Shown here one piece after another: positions 37,023 to 45,899 of a stretch of 64,000 nucleotides of DNA. The translations under genes and the position numbers were made by a program. The notes below the pieces were generated by a model. The model did no database searches. It was given only the letters and a program-made list of their open reading frames with translations, and was not told the origin of the DNA. Source of the stretch: Candidatus Kaiserbacteria bacterium (lineage in GTDB: Bacteria; Patescibacteriota; Minisyncoccia; Phycocordibacterales; Phycocordibacteraceae); the NCBI GenBank assembly GCA_963699165.1, contig OY969413.1, positions 340,562 to 404,561 on the forward strand, in the 5' to 3' direction. The stretch's first letter is position 1. The number at the start of each line of letters is the position of its first letter.

Positions 37023-39485
37023 ATGGACAAACGATTGCTTATCGTCGAATCGCCGACCAAGGCGCGTACTATCGGCCAATATCTGGGCAAGGACTATACG
37101 GTTCTCGCTTCGGTCGGCCATGTGCGCGACTTGCCGAAATCAAACAAAGACGCCGTCGATATCGAGGGCGGTTTCGTGCCGCGCTACGTCATTTCCGCAG
37201 ACAAGCGCGAGGTGATTGAAAAAATCGAGCACGCGGCCGCAAAAGTCGCGCCGAGCGAAATCTATCTCGCGACCGACCCCGACCGCGAAGGCGAAGCGAT
37301 TGCGTGGCACATCCAGCAAGTCGCGAAACTCAAAAAACCAAAGCGCGTGGTCTTCCACGAAATCACGAAGGCGGCCATCGAAGAGGCGCTCGCGCATCCG
37401 CGCATGATTGATGAAAATTTGCGCCGCGCGCAAGAGGCGCGCCGCGTTCTCGACCGCATCGTGGGCTACGACCTCTCCGGACTTATCTGGAAAAAGGTGC
37501 GCTACGGACTCTCCGCCGGCCGCGTGCAATCCCCCGCGCTTCGCATACTAGCCGAACGCGAGCGCGAAATTAAGTCCTTCATTCCCGTTACCTATTTTGT
37601 TTTGAAGGCGCTTTTTCGTGCGAAGGACGACGCATCAAACAAAATGGAGTTGCTGACTACGTGCGTAGAACAGCCCGCTTCAAGAGAAGAAGCCGAACGA
37701 ATTGCGCGAATGGGCAAAAGCGCAACGTGGAGCATCGCCGACATCGGCGAACGGGCCGAGGAGCGAAATCCGCGCGCGCCGTTCACGACGTCAACACTGC
37801 AACAAACCGCCTCGACGCGCCTCGGCTTCGCCCCGTCGCGCACAATGCGCGCCGCGCAAAAACTGTACGAAGCGGGCCATATCACCTACATGCGCACCGA
37901 CTCCGTCAATCTCGCGAAAGAAGCGGTTGCAAAAATGGCAGCGGTCGTCGAAAAGGACTTCGGGAAAGAATATCTAAAAATCCGCGCATACAAAACGACA
38001 AGCAAAAATGCCCAGGAAGCGCACGAGGCAATCCGTCCGACCGACCCGCTTCGCGAACATGCCGGCGCGACAGCCGACGAAGTCGAGCTCTATCAACTCA
38101 TCCGCATACGCGCACTCGCGTCGCAAATGGCGGCCGCGCAAATCATGCGCACAACAGTCACCGCAAAAGCCGACGCGGCTAAAGCTGCCGAAGGCAGCTC
38201 GCCCGACGCATCCTCGAGTGATGCGCCTAGGGATATTCCGCCTTTCACCGCAAGCGGCTCACGCACGCTCTTCCCCGGATGGCTCGCGCTCGATACGCGC
38301 GCGCGCGGCGAAGATGTCGAACTTCCAAAACTTGCCGTCAACTCTGCGCTTGAATTGCTGTCGCTTGATACGGAAGAGAAGCAAACCGAGCCGCCGAATA
38401 GATATACCGAAGCCGGCCTCATCAAAGAACTCGAGAAACGCGGCATCGGCCGTCCTTCCACGTACGCCTCTATTATGAAAACCATCGGGGATCGCGGCTA
38501 CGTGGAAAAGCTCGGGCGCGCTTTAAAGCCGACCGCGACCGGCATGGTTGTCTCCGGCTGGCTTGAGGAAAACTTTCCCGAATACGTGAGTGACACATTT
38601 ACCGCCGAAATGGAAAACGAGCTTGACGAAATCGCGCGCGGCGAGCGCGGCTATACGGAAACGCTTTCCGAATTTTACGGGCCGTTTGAGAAAGCCGTGC
38701 AGGCAAAGGACAAACTGCCGAAGGCGACATCGCTCGGCGATGCCGGAAAAGAATTCCCCTGTCCCCTCTGCGGGAGCCCGATGGAATTTAAACTTGGCCG
38801 CGGCGGCATTTTCATGAGCTGCAAGCGGTATCCCGATTGCACCGGGGTGCGAACCGAAGAAGGCACCGAGTTGAAGAGCGATGAGCCGCTCGGCATTCAT
38901 CCGGAAACCGGAGCTCCGATATATTTAAAAAACGGACGTTTCGGACCGTATGTTGAAATGCCCTTGCCGGAACCGGCACCCGAAACGAAAGTCGAGGCCG
39001 CTCCCGTAAAAGGCAAAAGAAAAAGCCGCGCAAAGAAAGTGCGCGTGAATGCAAAACGCGCAACGGTGCCGCCCGGCACCGACCTCGCGAAAATCACGCT
39101 CGCCGATGCGGTCAAATATCTGGCCCTTCCACGCGAGCTTGGCATGCATCCCGTCACCGGCAAACCGGTATTCGCTTCAACGGGACGCTTTGGACCGTAT
39201 GTCGGCAGCGATGGCGAATTTCGTTCGCTTAAGGCCGCCATTGCCGATCCATACACCGTGACGTTCGAGCAGGCCCTTGCGATTCTCGCCGAACCGAAAC
39301 GCCCGCCGAAAGGCGTCGAAATCGTGCGGGAAATAGGCAAACATCCGAAGACCGGAAAATCGCTCGTGCTCTACAAATCAAAGCAGGGTCTGTTCCTCAA
39401 AAAGGGATTGCGCCGCATCTATCTGCCCGAAACGGTAAAAGCCGACTCGCTCACGCCGGAAGAAGTCGCCGAATACCTAAAATAG
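37023..39485 (+). CDS. topA: DNA topoisomerase I
   Basis: IVESPTKA, ATDPDREGEAI, SAGRVQS, ITYMRTDS, GIGRPSTY; one Zn ribbon plus Topo_C repeats. Confidence 0.97.
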   Translation: MDKRLLIVESPTKARTIGQYLGKDYTVLASVGHVRDLPKSNKDAVDIEGGFVPRYVISADKREVIEKIEHAAAKVAPSEIYLATDPDREGEAIAWHIQQVAKLKKPKRVVFHEITKAAIEEALAHPRMIDENLRRAQEARRVLDRIVGYDLSGLIWKKVRYGLSAGRVQSPALRILAEREREIKSFIPVTYFVLKALFRAKDDASNKMELLTTCVEQPASREEAERIARMGKSATWSIADIGERAEERNPRAPFTTSTLQQTASTRLGFAPSRTMRAAQKLYEAGHITYMRTDSVNLAKEAVAKMAAVVEKDFGKEYLKIRAYKTTSKNAQEAHEAIRPTDPLREHAGATADEVELYQLIRIRALASQMAAAQIMRTTVTAKADAAKAAEGSSPDASSSDAPRDIPPFTASGSRTLFPGWLALDTRARGEDVELPKLAVNSALELLSLDTEEKQTEPPNRYTEAGLIKELEKRGIGRPSTYASIMKTIGDRGYVEKLGRALKPTATGMVVSGWLEENFPEYVSDTFTAEMENELDEIARGERGYTETLSEFYGPFEKAVQAKDKLPKATSLGDAGKEFPCPLCGSPMEFKLGRGGIFMSCKRYPDCTGVRTEEGTELKSDEPLGIHPETGAPIYLKNGRFGPYVEMPLPEPAPETKVEAAPVKGKRKSRAKKVRVNAKRATVPPGTDLAKITLADAVKYLALPRELGMHPVTGKPVFASTGRFGPYVGSDGEFRSLKAAIADPYTVTFEQALAILAEPKRPPKGVEIVREIGKHPKTGKSLVLYKSKQGLFLKKGLRRIYLPETVKADSLTPEEVAEYLK

Positions 39486-39507
39486 CAAGCGGGTGTATAG
39501 TGTCCCC

Positions 39508-41109
39508 ATGACGACCGCCAAAGAAATCATTGGCGCAATGGCGCATCCTTCGCCGGAGGATGTCGCTCTCGTTGAAAAGGCCTACGAATACTCGAAAAAA
39601 GCGCACGAGGGACAGACGCGCTATTCGGGCGAGCCGTATTTCATCCATCCGGCCGCTACCGCCAAAATCCTCGCCGAATACGGGATGGACGCAACGACCA
39701 TCGCGGCAGGCCTTCTGCACGATGCGGTTGAAGACGCGCGCGTCTCGCGCGAAGACCTCGAAAAAGAATTCGGGTCCGAATTGCTTTTCATCATCGACGG
39801 GGTAACGAAACTCGGCACGCACAAATACCGCGGCGCGGAACGCCACGCGGAGAGTTTGCGGCGGCTGTTGGTCGCGACCGCAAGCGACATTCGCGTGCTC
39901 ATCGTGAAGCTCGCCGACCGTTACCACAACATGCAGACGCTTGAGCATGTGCCGGAACATAAACGCCGCCGCATCGCGCTCGAAACGCTTGAGATTTACG
40001 CGCCGATAGCCGACCGGCTCGGCATGGGCAGGATGAAAAACGGTCTCGAGGACCTTGCATTCCCTTTTATCGACTCCGATGCGAGCAGCCATGTGTCCGA
40101 GGTTCGGAAATTAAAAAAACAGGAAACGGAAACCGGCCTTGCGAAAGTGCAAAAGGAAATCGGACGCGAGCTTGCGAAAAAAGGAATGCGCTCTTTCCAT
40201 ACCGACATCCGCATGAAAGGACTATGGAGTTTGCATAAAAAACTGGAGCGCAAACATGACGACATCAGCTTGATTCACGACATTGCGGCGCTCCGCATCA
40301 TCGTGCCGAGCATCGAGGATTGCTATGCGACCCTCGGCGTCGTGCACGCGCTCTACAAACCGCTGCCCGGAGAGTTTAAGGACTACATCGCTTTTCCGAA
40401 ACCGAACGGCTACCAGTCGCTTCACACGACCGTCGTCACGCCGGAGACCGGCATCGTCGAAATACAAATCCGCACGGAAGACATGCACCGCGACGCGCAG
40501 TTCGGCATCGCTTCGCACATGTCATACAAGCAATTGGGGAAAGACATCGGGAAGCTGGATAAGGAAGTCCAAAAAAATAAATTTTCTTCTCTGTCGTTTC
40601 CGTGGGTCCGTTCGCTCATTCCTTCCCTTATGCGCATGTCGCAAAAAGAGATCGGTGAAAAAGAACCGATGAAGATTCCGTTATGGCTCGCCGACCTCGC
40701 GAAAGCGCATGCGGAAATCGCCGGCTCGCAAGAATTCGTCGAAGGACTCAAGGAGGATTTTTTTTCGCACCGCGTGTTCGTGTTTACGCCGCGCGGCGAC
40801 GTCATCGACTTGCCGTCGCAATCGACGCCGATTGATTTTGCGTATGCGATACACAGCGATCTCGGCGACCATTTGCAGGGCGCGAAAGTGAACGGGAAAA
40901 TGGTCTCGTTTGATACGATATTGAACAACGGCGATGTCGTTGAAATCATCCGGCGCGATGCCGCACATCCGTCGCCGAAATGGCTCGAAACCGCGCGCAC
41001 GTCGCTTGCGCGAAGGCACATCAAAAATACGCTCGGCATCGTCACGAAGGCGACCCGGGCTTCCCGTCCGCCGCGCAACAAACGCGGAGACAAATCGGTT
41101 AAACCGTAA
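39508..41109 (+). CDS. RelA/SpoT homologue (HD + synthetase + TGS)
   Basis: GEPYFIHP, LLHDAVED, KLADRYHNM, KDYIAFPKPNGYQSLHT, FTPRG..DFAYAIH. Confidence 0.93.
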   Translation: MTTAKEIIGAMAHPSPEDVALVEKAYEYSKKAHEGQTRYSGEPYFIHPAATAKILAEYGMDATTIAAGLLHDAVEDARVSREDLEKEFGSELLFIIDGVTKLGTHKYRGAERHAESLRRLLVATASDIRVLIVKLADRYHNMQTLEHVPEHKRRRIALETLEIYAPIADRLGMGRMKNGLEDLAFPFIDSDASSHVSEVRKLKKQETETGLAKVQKEIGRELAKKGMRSFHTDIRMKGLWSLHKKLERKHDDISLIHDIAALRIIVPSIEDCYATLGVVHALYKPLPGEFKDYIAFPKPNGYQSLHTTVVTPETGIVEIQIRTEDMHRDAQFGIASHMSYKQLGKDIGKLDKEVQKNKFSSLSFPWVRSLIPSLMRMSQKEIGEKEPMKIPLWLADLAKAHAEIAGSQEFVEGLKEDFFSHRVFVFTPRGDVIDLPSQSTPIDFAYAIHSDLGDHLQGAKVNGKMVSFDTILNNGDVVEIIRRDAAHPSPKWLETARTSLARRHIKNTLGIVTKATRASRPPRNKRGDKSVKP

Positions 41110-42118
41110 ATCCGGTTATTGAATACAAGCCATCGTCGTCCGCGGCTTCCTCGGGCGCTGCCGGCGCAATCGGATCTTCGTGTGATAGTTGCGTTGTATT
41201 TGGGAAAACGGGCGGCGCATCCGTTTGCTCCGTTTGCGCAACCGCTTCGGCGTTGGACGCATGCGGCGCCGAAATTTTCTGCTCCGCGGCAAGCGCACTG
41301 ACCAGCTGATTCAAATCGTCGGGTGAGAAAAACTCAATCATGAGTCGGCCGCCTTCCGCGTTCGTTTCAATGATGACGCGCGTGCCAAGGGTTTCGGTGA
41401 GCGATTTTTCCATCTCAAGCATCTCCGGCGACTTGCGATGATGCGGCCGAACGCGCTCCTGCGCAATCGAACGGGCAATGCGCTCAGCAGTTCGCACGGG
41501 CAATTTCTTCAAAATGATTTCCTTGAAAAGCGTTTCCTGCTCTTCGGGCCGGCTTGTAAGCGCGAGCAGGGGGCGCGCGTGGCCTTCGTTTATTTCGCGC
41601 GCCACGATTGCATTTTGCATATGTTCGGGGAGCGTCAGGAGGCGCAAGCTGTTGGAAACGTATTCGCGGCTCTTGCCGATTTTTGCCGCGGTCTCCGCGT
41701 GCGAGATGCCGAATTCATCGATAAGTTTTTGCAATGCCTTTGCCCGGTCAATCGCATTCAAATCCTCGCGTTGAAGATTCTCGATAATGGCGAGTTCGAG
41801 TTTCGTGAGATTGCTTTCGCCGTGGCGGATTACGACCGGCAGCTGCTTGAGTCCGGCAATCTTGCTCGCGCGAAGTCGACGCTCGCCGGCGATGAGCTCG
41901 TACACGCTCTCGAGGCCGCCCTCCGGCTTTTCCTTTTCCGTGCGGCTGACCACCAAGGGTTGCAGCACGCCGTATTGGCGAATGCTCTCCGCGAGCGATG
42001 AAAGTCCCGCCTCGCTGAACTCTTTGCGCGGCTGATACGGATTGGGCACAATCCTGTCGATATCAATCCAAAAAACCGAGTCGTATTTTGTCGGCACGTA
42101 TCCCGCATCTTCGCTCAT
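41099..42118 (-). CDS. parB: Chromosome partitioning protein ParB
   Basis: PNPYQPRKEF, LIAGERRLRA, IENLQREDLN, HTH. Confidence 0.93.
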   Translation of the reverse strand: MSEDAGYVPTKYDSVFWIDIDRIVPNPYQPRKEFSEAGLSSLAESIRQYGVLQPLVVSRTEKEKPEGGLESVYELIAGERRLRASKIAGLKQLPVVIRHGESNLTKLELAIIENLQREDLNAIDRAKALQKLIDEFGISHAETAAKIGKSREYVSNSLRLLTLPEHMQNAIVAREINEGHARPLLALTSRPEEQETLFKEIILKKLPVRTAERIARSIAQERVRPHHRKSPEMLEMEKSLTETLGTRVIIETNAEGGRLMIEFFSPDDLNQLVSALAAEQKISAPHASNAEAVAQTEQTDAPPVFPNTTQLSHEDPIAPAAPEEAADDDGLYSITGFTV

Positions 42119-42143
42119 ATGAAAAATATATTAGCATAGGTTA

Positions 42144-43805
42144 CTACTGAGTTCTCAAGATTTGAATAACCTCCTCAAGTGAAGAACCTTGCCGTGACCT
42201 GATCAATGAGAGAATATCTTCTCGGGCAAATCCCGCAACGTGCATGTCATCAGCCGCTCGTATGGCTTCTCCAAATAGCGGGCCGGGCTTAAATCCTAAC
42301 GCGATAAGATCCCTTCCAAATAAGACCGGCGCCGGTTTGTTTTCATAAATGCCAAGTTCGGCGGCTTTTTGCAACAGCCACTTGCCGGCAGGATAGTCTA
42401 TTGGCATGAATGACTTTTCTGGTTCGTCTGGATCAACGAAAGGTCCGCGACCGCGATGATCTGCTTCAGCAACGCAGACCAAATGTCTGAGTGTTGCAGG
42501 ACTGATTCTTGTTGCCAATCGTTTAATCGCCCCATCGCTAATCCGTATCCCTCCGTGCACCTCCTCAAGATAAAATATGGTAGGCCGTAAATGCTCGACT
42601 ACTACATGTGCAATCGGAATGCGCAACGAGGCCTCAATGCCGATTTCGTGGAGAAACCGTAACGCTGGCTCAGCGCCGGCTTCTTCGTGACCTATCGATC
42701 TGACGCGGCCGTCTGTTTCTTCCGTGGTCAGCGGCTTACCAAAATCATGACAAAATGCTCCCAGCATGACAAGAAGTGCGTCGTCTCCTTTCAACTGTTC
42801 TCGTTCAATAATTTTAGCCGCCTCATCTACAACCATTAGCGTGTGCATCCATACATCGCCTTCGGGATGCCATTCCGGCTCTTGGGGTGTATTTTGCAAT
42901 TCAATGAGTTCGGGGTGCATTTCATGAAAAATGCCCCACTCCATTGCCGTTTGGAGGCCGAGCGACGGCTTTCTGGATTTTAGAAATAACTTTATCCATT
43001 CTTCCCGCAAGCGCTCTTTTGGCAAATGCTTTAACTCGCCGCGCATTTCCCGCATAATCCTTGCCGTCGTGTCGTCAACCGTTAGACCAAATCGACCTAC
43101 GAATTGCACGCCGCGCAAAACCCTTAACGGGTCATCTCGAAACCGTTCCTCATCCGTAACCCGTAAAATCCTATGTTGAATATCATGTATACCGCCGAAA
43201 TAATCGTATATTTCTCCGGTCAAGATATCTTTCGCCAAGGAATTCATTGTGAAGTCGCGTCTACGGGCCGCCTCTTTAATGCTCATAGTTGGATCGGCGC
43301 TTATAGAGAAGTCCTTATGTCCTTTGCCGGTTTTTGACTCCCGGCGAGGCAGAGATACGTCGATATCAATATTTCCGATCCTGACTTTTAGAATTCCGAA
43401 CGCGGCTCCAACTTCATTAACATCCCCGAAGGCCTTCGCGAGTTCCCTAAGTTGATCCGGCGCAACGCCGTACACTTCGACATCGAAGTCCTTTGGGGGC
43501 ATGCCGAGCAACTCATCGCGAACGGCCCCTCCAACCAAACAAGCCCTTCCTCCGATTGCTTCAACCGCTTTTGCAAACTCAACGAGCTTTGCGAAAGCGT
43601 CGGCTTCTTCGATGAAGCCGCCATCAAGAAATCGTTCTCTTTCCTTCACCGCATCGGCTCTGTGAAGAATCTTTGCTTCCCAATACTCCGGGGTTTCTTG
43701 CGCGGCATGCAATAGGTGACGGCGCCTCTCCTTCACCGGCTCGGCTTGTATCTCCGCGGCAAGTGCATTGCGATATTTCACGTGTTTTTGATTTTCAATA
43801 CCCAT
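42144..43805 (-). CDS. cca: CCA tRNA nucleotidyltransferase with HD domain
   Basis: LVGGAVRDELLG..PKDFD, RRDFTMNS, DDPLRVLR, HPEGDVWMHT, HDFGK. Confidence 0.93.
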   Translation of the reverse strand: MGIENQKHVKYRNALAAEIQAEPVKERRRHLLHAAQETPEYWEAKILHRADAVKERERFLDGGFIEEADAFAKLVEFAKAVEAIGGRACLVGGAVRDELLGMPPKDFDVEVYGVAPDQLRELAKAFGDVNEVGAAFGILKVRIGNIDIDVSLPRRESKTGKGHKDFSISADPTMSIKEAARRRDFTMNSLAKDILTGEIYDYFGGIHDIQHRILRVTDEERFRDDPLRVLRGVQFVGRFGLTVDDTTARIMREMRGELKHLPKERLREEWIKLFLKSRKPSLGLQTAMEWGIFHEMHPELIELQNTPQEPEWHPEGDVWMHTLMVVDEAAKIIEREQLKGDDALLVMLGAFCHDFGKPLTTEETDGRVRSIGHEEAGAEPALRFLHEIGIEASLRIPIAHVVVEHLRPTIFYLEEVHGGIRISDGAIKRLATRISPATLRHLVCVAEADHRGRGPFVDPDEPEKSFMPIDYPAGKWLLQKAAELGIYENKPAPVLFGRDLIALGFKPGPLFGEAIRAADDMHVAGFAREDILSLIRSRQGSSLEEVIQILRTQ

Positions 43806-43910
43806 ATTCCAACTGCGCCACCCCGTGTCCAGCGTCGCCGCTCATATGTATGATATTTTATCATAGCGAGGTCCTTCAAATTCTCAAAGCAACCGCCGAA
43901 ATGGTGATAC

Positions 43911-43939
43911 TTGACATATCTATAAGTATGGTATAGCGT
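43911..43939 (+). promoter_or_regulatory. Sigma70 promoter candidate
   Basis: TTGACA at 43911 followed by TGG-TATAGC/TAGCGT -10-like sequence. Confidence 0.45.
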
Positions 43940-43981
43940 AATAATTCCGGCGATTTGCTGGCGCTTAAATGAGGACCTCTG

Positions 43982-44143
43982 ATGTTGAATGCTGTTCGGG
44001 CGTGGTTAGCCCGTCCTCTTCTATGCAAGTTCGGCTTACACGGACAAATGGAGTCCGTCGTTGGGTCTAGGTTCCTAGACCCGTGCAGGAAGGAGTGGTG
44101 GGGGCCGTGTGAACGGTGCCACGTCACGATCTTCGAAATCTGA
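43982..44143 (+). CDS. 53-aa Zn-finger-like small protein (MLNAVRAWLARPLLCKFGLH...CERCHVTIFEI)
   Basis: Below the ORF-track cutoff; GAGG SD; LLC-x4-H...CxxC pattern resembling small prophage (DUF1660-like) proteins. Confidence 0.65.
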   Translation: MLNAVRAWLARPLLCKFGLHGQMESVVGSRFLDPCRKEWWGPCERCHVTIFEI

Positions 44144-44225
44144 GCGTCCTCCCCCTGGATTGGTAGGCGCGAGGCGTTTCGTGTGACGCCATAGACACAA
44201 TGCAGAAGTGACACGACACTTCTGC

Positions 44226-44276
44226 TCCGTCTCGAGATGTGTGTCCCGACTGATGAGCTCGAAAGAGCGAAACGGA
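44226..44276 (+). ncRNA. Hammerhead ribozyme, type III
   Basis: UCCGUC^UCGAGA-UGUGUG-UCCCGA-CUGAUGA-GCUC-GAAA-GAGC-GAA-ACGGA: complete catalytic core, stems I-III, GUC cleavage triplet (after 44231). Confidence 0.9.
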
Positions 44277-44315
44277 ATGAAATACGCGTAGTGATATGCT
44301 ACTCTGCAATCCAGA

Positions 44316-44397
44316 GCCGGGATGGCGGAATTGGTAGACGCAACGGATTCAAAACCCGTCGACGCAAGTCATGAGAGTTCGATTCTCTCTCCCGGCA
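44316..44397 (+). tRNA. tRNA-Leu(CAA)
   Basis: GCCGGGA/TCCCGGC acceptor, TT-CAA-AA anticodon loop, long variable arm GAC-GCAA-GTC, GTTCGATTC; CCA not encoded. Confidence 0.95.
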
Positions 44398-45072
44398 CAA
44401 CAGCGAGCGAAGCGAGGCGTTGTGCCGAGAAGCACGGCATCTGCATGCCGTGCGCGAGAGAATCGAATGGCTCGGCCATGTCCGAGGATCTGCGAGGACG
44501 GCGAGCCGGGGTCGAGAGCGCTTAGCGAATTGCGAATGCCTGGAGCAATCCGCTTAGCGACTCGCGGCCGATTCTCTCTCCCGGCACAACAGCGAGCGAA
44601 GCGAGGCGTTGTGCCGAGAAGCACGGCATCTGCATGCCGTGCGCGAGAGAATCGAATGGCTCGGCCATGTCCGAGGATCTGCGAGGACGGCGAGCCGGGG
44701 TCGAGAGCGCTTAGCGAATTGCGAATGCCTGGAGCAATCCGCTTAGCGACTCGCGGCCGATTCTCTCTCCCGGCACAACAGCGAGCGAAGCGAGGCGTTG
44801 TGCCGAGAAGCACGGCATCTGCATGCCGTGCGCGAGAGAATCGAATGGCTCGGCCATGTCCGAGGATCTGCGAGGACGGCGAGCCGGGGTCGAGAGCGCT
44901 TAGCGAATTGCGAATGCCTGGAGCAATCCGCTTAGCGACTCGCGGCCGATTCTCTCTCCCGGCACAACAGCGAGCGAAGCGATGCGTTGTGCCGAGAAGC
45001 ACGGCATCTGCATGCCGTGCGCGAGAGAATCGAATGGCTCGGCCATGTCCGAGGATCTGCGAGGACGGCGAG
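44381..45072 (+). repeat. Tandem repeat, 189-bp unit x ~3.7, each unit starting with the tRNA-Leu 3' end
   Basis: Units start at 44381, 44570, 44759, 44948 (GATTCTCTCTCCCGGCACAA...); essentially identical and highly palindromic. Confidence 0.95.
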
Positions 45073-45197
45073 AAGGGCTCCCGGTTTGTCCAAGAGCGAA
45101 GCGATTGGTATCAAACCGCAGTCCTGTGAGGAGCGGAGAGCGCTTAGCGAAATGCGAGTCGCCGAAGGGCGCGACGCATTTCGGTTAACGACTCATA

Positions 45198-45857
45198 CTA
45201 CAGCTTTCCCACCAAGTCGAGGCCGGGCTCAAGCGTGTCGCCGCCCGGCTCCCACGATGCCGGACAAACCTTGCCTTTGTGCGTCTCCACATACTGCGCT
45301 GCCTGCAGTTTTCGCAACGTCTCGCTGGCTTTTCGCCCGATTGAATTGTCATTTACTTCCATCGTGCGAAGCGTTCCCGACGGGTCAATGATGAACGTGC
45401 CGCGAAGCGCGAGTCCTTCGTCCGGCGTGAGGGCCGCCTCGCCTCCTTCGATAAGCACGCCGAAGGCATAGGAGAGTTTTCCGGAAGGATCGGCCGCCAT
45501 TGGATATGTGATTTTCTTTATTCCCGCAGACGTGTCATGCCACGCCTTATGGGTGTAAACCGTGTCCGACGATACGGAAATTATTTCGGCGTTCAGCGCT
45601 TGGAATTTCGGATAGAGCGCGGCAAGCTCTTCGAGCTCGGTCGGACAGATGAACGTGAAGTCGGCCGGATAAAACGCAAGCACGACCCACTTGCCGCGGA
45701 GTTTTGACAAGCTCATCGTCTTGATTTCGTCCTCATGATAGACCTCAAATTCGAAGTCCGGCACCGTCTCGCCCACTTTCACCTGAAGCGTAAAGTCGCG
45801 AACCTGGTCGTGGAACTCGCCGCAATGCTCGCAATAATTGCTTTTTGTTTCTTTCAT
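45198..45857 (-). CDS. ahpC: Peroxiredoxin (AhpC/Prx1)
   Basis: FYPADFTFICPTE and resolving VCPASW motifs. Start at MKETKS. Confidence 0.92.
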   Translation of the reverse strand: MKETKSNYCEHCGEFHDQVRDFTLQVKVGETVPDFEFEVYHEDEIKTMSLSKLRGKWVVLAFYPADFTFICPTELEELAALYPKFQALNAEIISVSSDTVYTHKAWHDTSAGIKKITYPMAADPSGKLSYAFGVLIEGGEAALTPDEGLALRGTFIIDPSGTLRTMEVNDNSIGRKASETLRKLQAAQYVETHKGKVCPASWEPGGDTLEPGLDLVGKL

Positions 45858-45899
45858 AGGTGTTCGTATTATGGTGCGGCCATGATACCATCCCGCCTG

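Noticed and set aside
44381-45072. CRISPR array
   Set aside because: Units are 189 bp and identical along their whole length, with no unique spacers and no cas genes in the window.
44349-45129. 217-aa and 252-aa repeat ORFs over the tRNA-Leu array
   Set aside because: The 189-bp unit is a multiple of 3 and GC-rich, so open frames arise trivially; they overlap the tRNA and have no protein-like features.
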